64,000 nucleotides of DNA from the human T2T-CHM13v2.0 reference genome, Homo sapiens: the NCBI RefSeq assembly GCF_009914755.1, contig NC_060934.1. One strand, written 5' to 3'. Within the stretch, counting starts at the first letter, position 1. Every line of letters begins with the position of its first letter. Positions 56,553-64,000 of this stretch are shown here, piece after piece. Both the position numbers and the translations under genes were made by a program. Under the pieces are notes generated by a model that worked only from the letters and a program-made list of their open reading frames with translations, did no database searches and was not told the DNA's origin.

Positions 56553-57456
56553 TTAATGAGAGGCCAAAGGGACTTTGCCTCCTTGAGGCTTTTTGATTGC
56601 TTTGCACAAAACTCATAGAATCACCTTATGTTCCTTCACTTAATCAGTCACTTATGAGCACTATTCTAGGCACTGCGTGAGGCTGGGAAGGCCCTGCTCA
56701 CCTGTTACTCTTACTCTGTTATGCTCTTCGTAAAATCCATCAAAAACAAGCAGTCATCCTGCTTCTCTTATTTCCCCATTTCACAACTGTGGAACCCAAG
56801 TACAGCCATCCAGTGTCAGACTCATGAACTTCAGAAGCAGAAGCCTGAAGATGAGCTTTGGAGTCACTGTCACAGCAACAAGCCAACTGGCATGCAGAAA
56901 TGAAGAGACTCACTCAAATGAGGGACCTAAATCCCTTCTATGGTCAATGAGAAACAGAGGCCCATGAAAGGGAAAGGCCAGATACACCCTCACACAAGGA
57001 AGTGGTGGCAGAGCCAGGCCCAGACAGCAGAGATCTCAAAGGTCCCCATTTTCAATGTTGTGTTTCTTCCATACTGTCATTTCAAAAGAGCCATTTAAGG
57101 CTGGGACACTCTGGTCCCACTCAAAAAAAACAACAACAAATCATTAAACTTTCAACTTTTAAAAAACTACCAAACAGGTTGCAAAACACTTTCTTATCCT
57201 ACACCTGGGCGAGAGAGACTTACAGAGGGGGAAGGGGCAGGGAGGGAAGAAGGAGAGGGTCATGAATGGTGAGGGGGAAGGGACTGAGTGAGGGTGGAAG
57301 TGTTCATGATTGGGATGGAGTAGAGATTAGGGAGCCTTGAACCTCCCTGAAGGTGAGAAAAGATCACGGATATCTGTTCATGAATTTAAAAAGACTCCGC
57401 AACTTCATATTCAGAGAGGAGCAGGACTCAGGAATCAGGCAATGGTCATGAGGTAA

Positions 57457-58217
<761 letters not shown>

Positions 58218-59338
58218 GATTTCATTTTTTGACAGATGAGTTTGACACCGCCAATCAGTGGCACCAAGGGACTGTATCATAATATCCTAATGGTCCCGAG
58301 GCTGATTCCCACGCCACAAGGGTAACTGCAATTCCATCAAGCCACAGCCAAATACAGAATGCCTCCCATTTAGGAAGCTCAGTTAAACTTTTTATGTCAC
58401 CAACACGCCCCAACCTCAGAGTTGTCCCTTCCTCACTCAACACACGGGACATTTATCTTCAACGTCACCACCTAGCTTCAAGCTTCCTTCGGCTTCCCCA
58501 ACCACAGTCCCCACTAACTACAAGCTCAGGCCAGCGCTACAGCCTGCTGACCACTGGCAAGGGGCCTTGGCACATCTAGACATCTGCAGCCAGGCCTGCC
58601 TCTCACCTTCTAGGCTATTTTCTCTGTAGAAGAACAAACTGCTTGAAAATCAGACTGCACCAGAACAGGCATTCTTCCTGCTGCTGTGGAAGTGTGTCTC
58701 GTTCCTGTGGAAAGGAGGTATCTTGTTCTGGACAGTGTGGGCTGGAGCTGCTGGCGGTCAGAACAGGGAAGATCGTGTTCAGGAAGAACACCATCCCTGA
58801 GAGAACCAGTCTCCCGACACACATCTCAAGGCCAGCCTGCACCAGCTCAACCCTCTCCTAAGCGAGAGGCTCCCCTATTAGCGTGATGCATGTCTTGGAC
58901 CATTATGGATTGACATACATTCTTTTGTATGAAGATATTCAATGCTGCACATGGCATCTCTCACTACAGGACCCCCGAACCCAGAACACAGCTGCTGAGG
59001 AACAGGTGCTCCATCAATACGGGTGAAATAGATGAATACGTCCAAGTGCCGGTGTCGAGCACTGGAAATACAAGGACGATAAAGACACCACCCCTGCCTC
59101 CAAGGAGTTTTTTGGCTAGTGGGAGATTCCCCCTTGTTATTTGTCACTGGTGGGGTCAGAAATGGAGTCAAGGTCAGCGGGTTTTGGACTAATCTAGAAG
59201 AAGGACTGGATCAGTGCTTCTTAAATGTGTTATTCACATACTCCCATCACAACTTCTGCCCTAGCTGCATGACTCCTATGCTATTCACTAAACATTTTTC
59301 TTTCAATGGAGTCAAATTTTTTAACTAAACAAAGATAT

Positions 59339-59612
59339 CTTTTTTGGGGAGAGAGTCTCACTCTGCCTCCTAGGATGGAGGGCAGTGGTGTGATCATAAC
59401 TCACTGCAGGCTCAACCTCCCACTTCAGCCTCCTGAAAAGCTGGGACTACAGGCATGTGCTACCACACCTGGCTATTTTTTTTTTAATTTTTTGTAGAGA
59501 TGGTGTCTCCCTCTGTTGCCTAGGCTGGCCTCAAACTCCTAGGCTCAAGCGATCTTCCCGCCTCAGCCTCCCAAAGTGCTGAGATTACAGCAATGAGCCA
59601 CTGCACCCAGCT
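59339..59612 (-). mobile_element. AluJ with internal deletion
   Basis: gatcataactcactgcag...ctcctaggctcaagcgatcttcccgcc. Confidence 0.88.
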
Positions 59613-61329
59613 TAAATAAATATATCTTAAGGATACTCCGTAACATTACCACATGTGAAAAACTGGTATCACCAGTGAAGAAATAGAAGATAACCTTCAA
59701 AATAAACAAAATAGAAGAAAACTTTCAAAATAAATGCAAAACAAAACCAGGGTATGAAATTCTAGGTAGATGCCTCCGTTTGCATGCAGTCTCAATGGGG
59801 GCTGTTCTGTGCCTTTGTTCAAAAGGGAGACAGGCAAGGGTTAAGAGATGTTCAAACAGTAAACCGAGACTTTCTCCCTGAGATAACTAGAAAGACTGGA
59901 AGAAAACTGGAAATGAACTAAATCCCTCCTTGGTGACTCAGGGTCCTGTCCATATATCACTAGAAGGTATCTGCTACACCACCTGTGGTGTGGGGAAACC
60001 ATAAAGCTGAAATGAGCTTTAACATTTCTTTCAACATCCAGGTCCTATAACACCATAAGCAGATTATTTAATGTCAAAGAAATCAAGCGCATGGAAGAAA
60101 GACAGCACCTAAACAACACAGGTCTGTTGACTGAATTAGATTTCCAAAGTTTCTGGCCCTCCCAGATTCATTATATCCTATGGTCTTCGGGTTACAAATG
60201 AGGACAGAAAAGCAGAGAGAGAGGAGGGAATGTACCCAACCCATCCACCTGGCAGTGACAGAGCTCAGAGGTCTTCATTTTGGATGAACCATGGGACCCA
60301 GATGCCTATGAAAGGGGAGGACTTGTAATCTTTTTATTCCCGATCTTAGACTACCTGTGTGTGCAATATGTGTTTCCACCACTTTGTGAAGTTCAGCCAA
60401 ATGGCCCTTAAGAAATGAAGGCAATGACTTGGTGGAGGCCCTGCACGTAGAGAACGTCAGAAAAGGCTGAATTGGATCCCCAGATGTTCCTAAGACCTGC
60501 TGGGGGAAGCTTGCACAAGTCTGGTCCAAAATCCGTTTGTAAGGAAATTGGTGAAAATCACAGCAAAGCTGGCCTTCACAGGCCACATACCCAGGCCCTG
60601 CTCTCAAGCAACATCAGGCTTGGATAGATTTTTCCAGAACCCCAGATAGAGCTGGGCTAACTTAACAGGTTGAATTCAAGGCGTACCAAACTTTAAAACT
60701 GGAATTGGAGTTGACTATTTATATTACAAGAAGATTCTTCACTCTCCAAAAGCAACCCTTTGTCGTCTGAGCACCCCTAAAGACTTAAGTGTTTGTTAAC
60801 AGATTACTAACCATTTGGCAGGAGTGCAAGCACTAAAGAAAACTTGCAGAGAAAGGAAGGGGAGGGAACTGGAATCTCTGCACCATTGGTTCGCCAAGCT
60901 TTGTGCTACATGCTTCACTTACAGTATCTCATTTAACTAATCCTCCCAGCAGGGTTAAGAATCTCCATTATACAGAAAAGGAAACAGCACAGAGAAGTGA
61001 AGTAATTTGGCCAAGGTCACACAGGTACTACAGCACTAGAAGCAGGGGCTGTTTCCAGCAGCACATGACATGGAACTTCCTAAGGAAGTGCCATTTGCAT
61101 TTTGTTATCACCATCTACTAAAACATACCCCTCTGGCACACAGTGCAATAACTATTTATTGACATGAATATACATAAATGCTAAGAATGCCATACACAGT
61201 AAAGATGACCATATGGAGCTTAAAATTTATTACAGGTCAGAGGTATCAAAAGAAAATTATCTGAATATGCCAGGCTAGCAAGGGAGGGGATTCTTGGTGC
61301 CTAAAGTCCTACTATTCCAGTCTTCTTTC

Positions 61330-61332
<3 letters not shown>

Positions 61333-61370
<38 letters not shown>
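61333..61370. repeat. (CA)19 microsatellite
   Basis: Seen directly. Confidence 0.95.
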
Positions 61371-61372
<2 letters not shown>

Positions 61373-62434
61373 CTTCAGCCAAAATGTTCCACTTTAGTGG
61401 AGGGAAAAGAGAGCCTGGAGCCATAAGTCTAGCTTATTGCTGATGCCTGGTGTTCCCCACTCTGCCTCCCAGGATCTGGAATTTATCTTGACCACCAGAC
61501 AGAGCACAGAACTCCATTACCTAGGGTGGGCCAGGGCTGCCACGGAGCAGCATTGTGTGGCTGTACCCTCCAGAAACTCTGGATGTAAGATGGAAGGATT
61601 GTAGTACCTGGTGGACAATAGGTGGGAAAGGATGGAGGGTAAAGAAAAGCACAAGACAGGGAGAAAAAGGAAGGGGAGAGTGGGAGGATGGGAGGCAGGA
61701 AGTTCGGTTAAAATATACTGTCAGTGGCACCGGATAAAAATAATAGCCTTTTCTGTGATTGAAAGCATTTCTAAAAATCAAAGATAGGAACAGCTGCTGT
61801 GCTATGGTGGTGGGATTATGACTGCTTTTGTAAATGTCTTTTAATGTTCTTATATAGTTTTACAGCAGGTAAAATTTTGGAGCAGAAAGATATAAAAACA
61901 TTCATGGATAGAAAATTCAGAACAAGTCACCAAGGGGAACTTGGTTTGTGATAATTTTATAAAACAGTGTTACATACATTCCTAACCTATCCCCAGGCCC
62001 CCTGAGAGCCACAACCAAGACCCATTGGACCAAGCTTCTGAATTTCACAGAGCTTAATGGGCTTCTGATGGCAGGGGCTAGTCACCCACAAAGAGAGGCC
62101 ACAACATACAGAGGCAGGAGGCCTGCACCGGGGCCAGGACCATGCTCTGTGGACAAAATAGATGATTTCAGGCAAATCCCTTACCTGGCTGACTCGGGTC
62201 GTCTTCCTTAAAGTAAGAGGCTGCATGCGATCAGGAGTGACAAACTCAAATGCTTTAAAGAGTTAGGCTGGGATCACAGAACTGAATGGGCCATCAGAGC
62301 CTATGGTGGCCTGGAAATCACACACCCGGAGGCCAAGGGTGCAGCTGCTACCCAGACCTAGGTGAATGCTGGGCCCCATGCTGCCAGTGTAGAGAAGTTG
62401 GGAATCTATACTTTTTTAAATGTTTGGTTTAATT

Positions 62435-62592
62435 TTAATTTTTTTTGTTTTTAGAGATGGGATCCCACTGTGTTGCCTAGAGTGAAGTGGTGCAATCATA
62501 GCTCACTACAGCTTTAGACTCCTGGGCTCAAAGTGATCCTCCCGCCTCAGCCTCCCAAGTTGCTAGGACTAGAAGCATGGGCCGCCACACCA
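62435..62592 (-). mobile_element. FLAM/AluJ monomer
   Basis: ttttagagatggg...caatcatagctcactacagc...ctcctgggctcaaagtgatcctcccgcctcagcctcc. Confidence 0.8.
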
Positions 62593-62658
62593 GAAGAAAA
62601 CTAGACTTTCATGTGGGCTCTAATTTTTCTGTTGGCATCCAGTTTCTAAAAAACGTAG

Positions 62659-62951
<293 letters not shown>

Positions 62952-63142
62952 CAAAGAAGTACTTCAAATGTATTATCTCACTACTCTATGATATGTTGTA
63001 AGATTGGCCCCATTTTTACAAATGAGGAAACTGAGGCTCAGAGACATTAAGTAATTTGCCCAAGGTAACACAGCTAAAAAGGGGCAGAGCCAGGATTGGC
63101 TACTACAAAGTCCTTATTCCTTCTCTCCACAACATTTTATTA

Positions 63143-63547
<405 letters not shown>

Positions 63548-64000
63548 AAGATTCCAAACATACAACAGGTTGAAAGGATTTCACAGACAATACCTGTATC
63601 CCATCACCTAGATTATACCATAAACATTAAATTTTACTGTATTGCTCTATCACAAATCTATCCAAAGATTGTCTCCTTTGGTTCCATTTGAAAAGCAACC
63701 TAGAAAGTACGTTAGAGGTGGAGCCCAGATGTTGCCATTTCTGAATTAGAAATAATTTGGCCTCTTCTGAAACCCACTCATCCCATTCCCTTTGTGGCTG
63801 GGGAGTATGGGGGTGGGAAGGGGGCAGGCAGGAAGGAGAGTGTTGATCCAGGAACATCTGCACACATCATCACAACACACATCCCAACCAGCTCTGATTT
63901 CTCCCCTGGCTCAAAGCAGGGAGAGATGGGTATTTGGGAAAAGCTCACCACCCCAAAATATCTCCCTAAACCCTGAAGGCTAAGTCAACCCATGGGCTCT

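Noticed and set aside
58250-58258. GCCAATCAG CCAAT box next to the pseudogene 5' end
   Set aside because: A single short motif outside the TSD, with no CpG island or other promoter features.
59680-59735. Short tandem duplications (also at about 12421-12450 and 20297-20318)
   Set aside because: Ordinary slippage duplications with no regular repeat-spacer structure; not CRISPR-like.

Overview
Primate (very probably human) genomic DNA lying inside the KCNMA1 (BK/Slo1 Ca2+-activated K+ channel alpha subunit) gene, which runs on the minus strand. The only bona fide coding sequence is the 162-bp KCNMA1 exon 2 (28256-28417, [10 protein letters not shown]...TLTGRVL, canonical CAG/GTGAGT splice sites). 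About 35 kb of the upstream intron lies to the right and about 28 kb of the downstream intron to the left. The rest is a typical eutherian repeat landscape (about 17 Alu/FLAM copies, MIR, L2, old L1 3' ends, hAT MERs, MaLR/ERV LTRs, microsatellites) plus a COX6C processed pseudogene (57493-58217, minus). The ORF track is otherwise noise. I found no evidence of a new multi-gene system. The most interesting structures read directly from the sequence are: (1) an apparent ancient L1-mediated 3' transduction, bracketed by target-site duplications (TSDs), that splits a MER33; (2) the COX6C retrocopy, which preserves non-anthropoid-like residues and carries a nested Alu; (3) two independent L1 insertions within about 20 bp of one MER58A; (4) a complete antisense intron just downstream of an LTR33; and (5) several candidate recursive splice sites and a near-consensus CTCF site. 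Repeat family names come from recalled consensus sequences and need RepeatMasker/Dfam confirmation.
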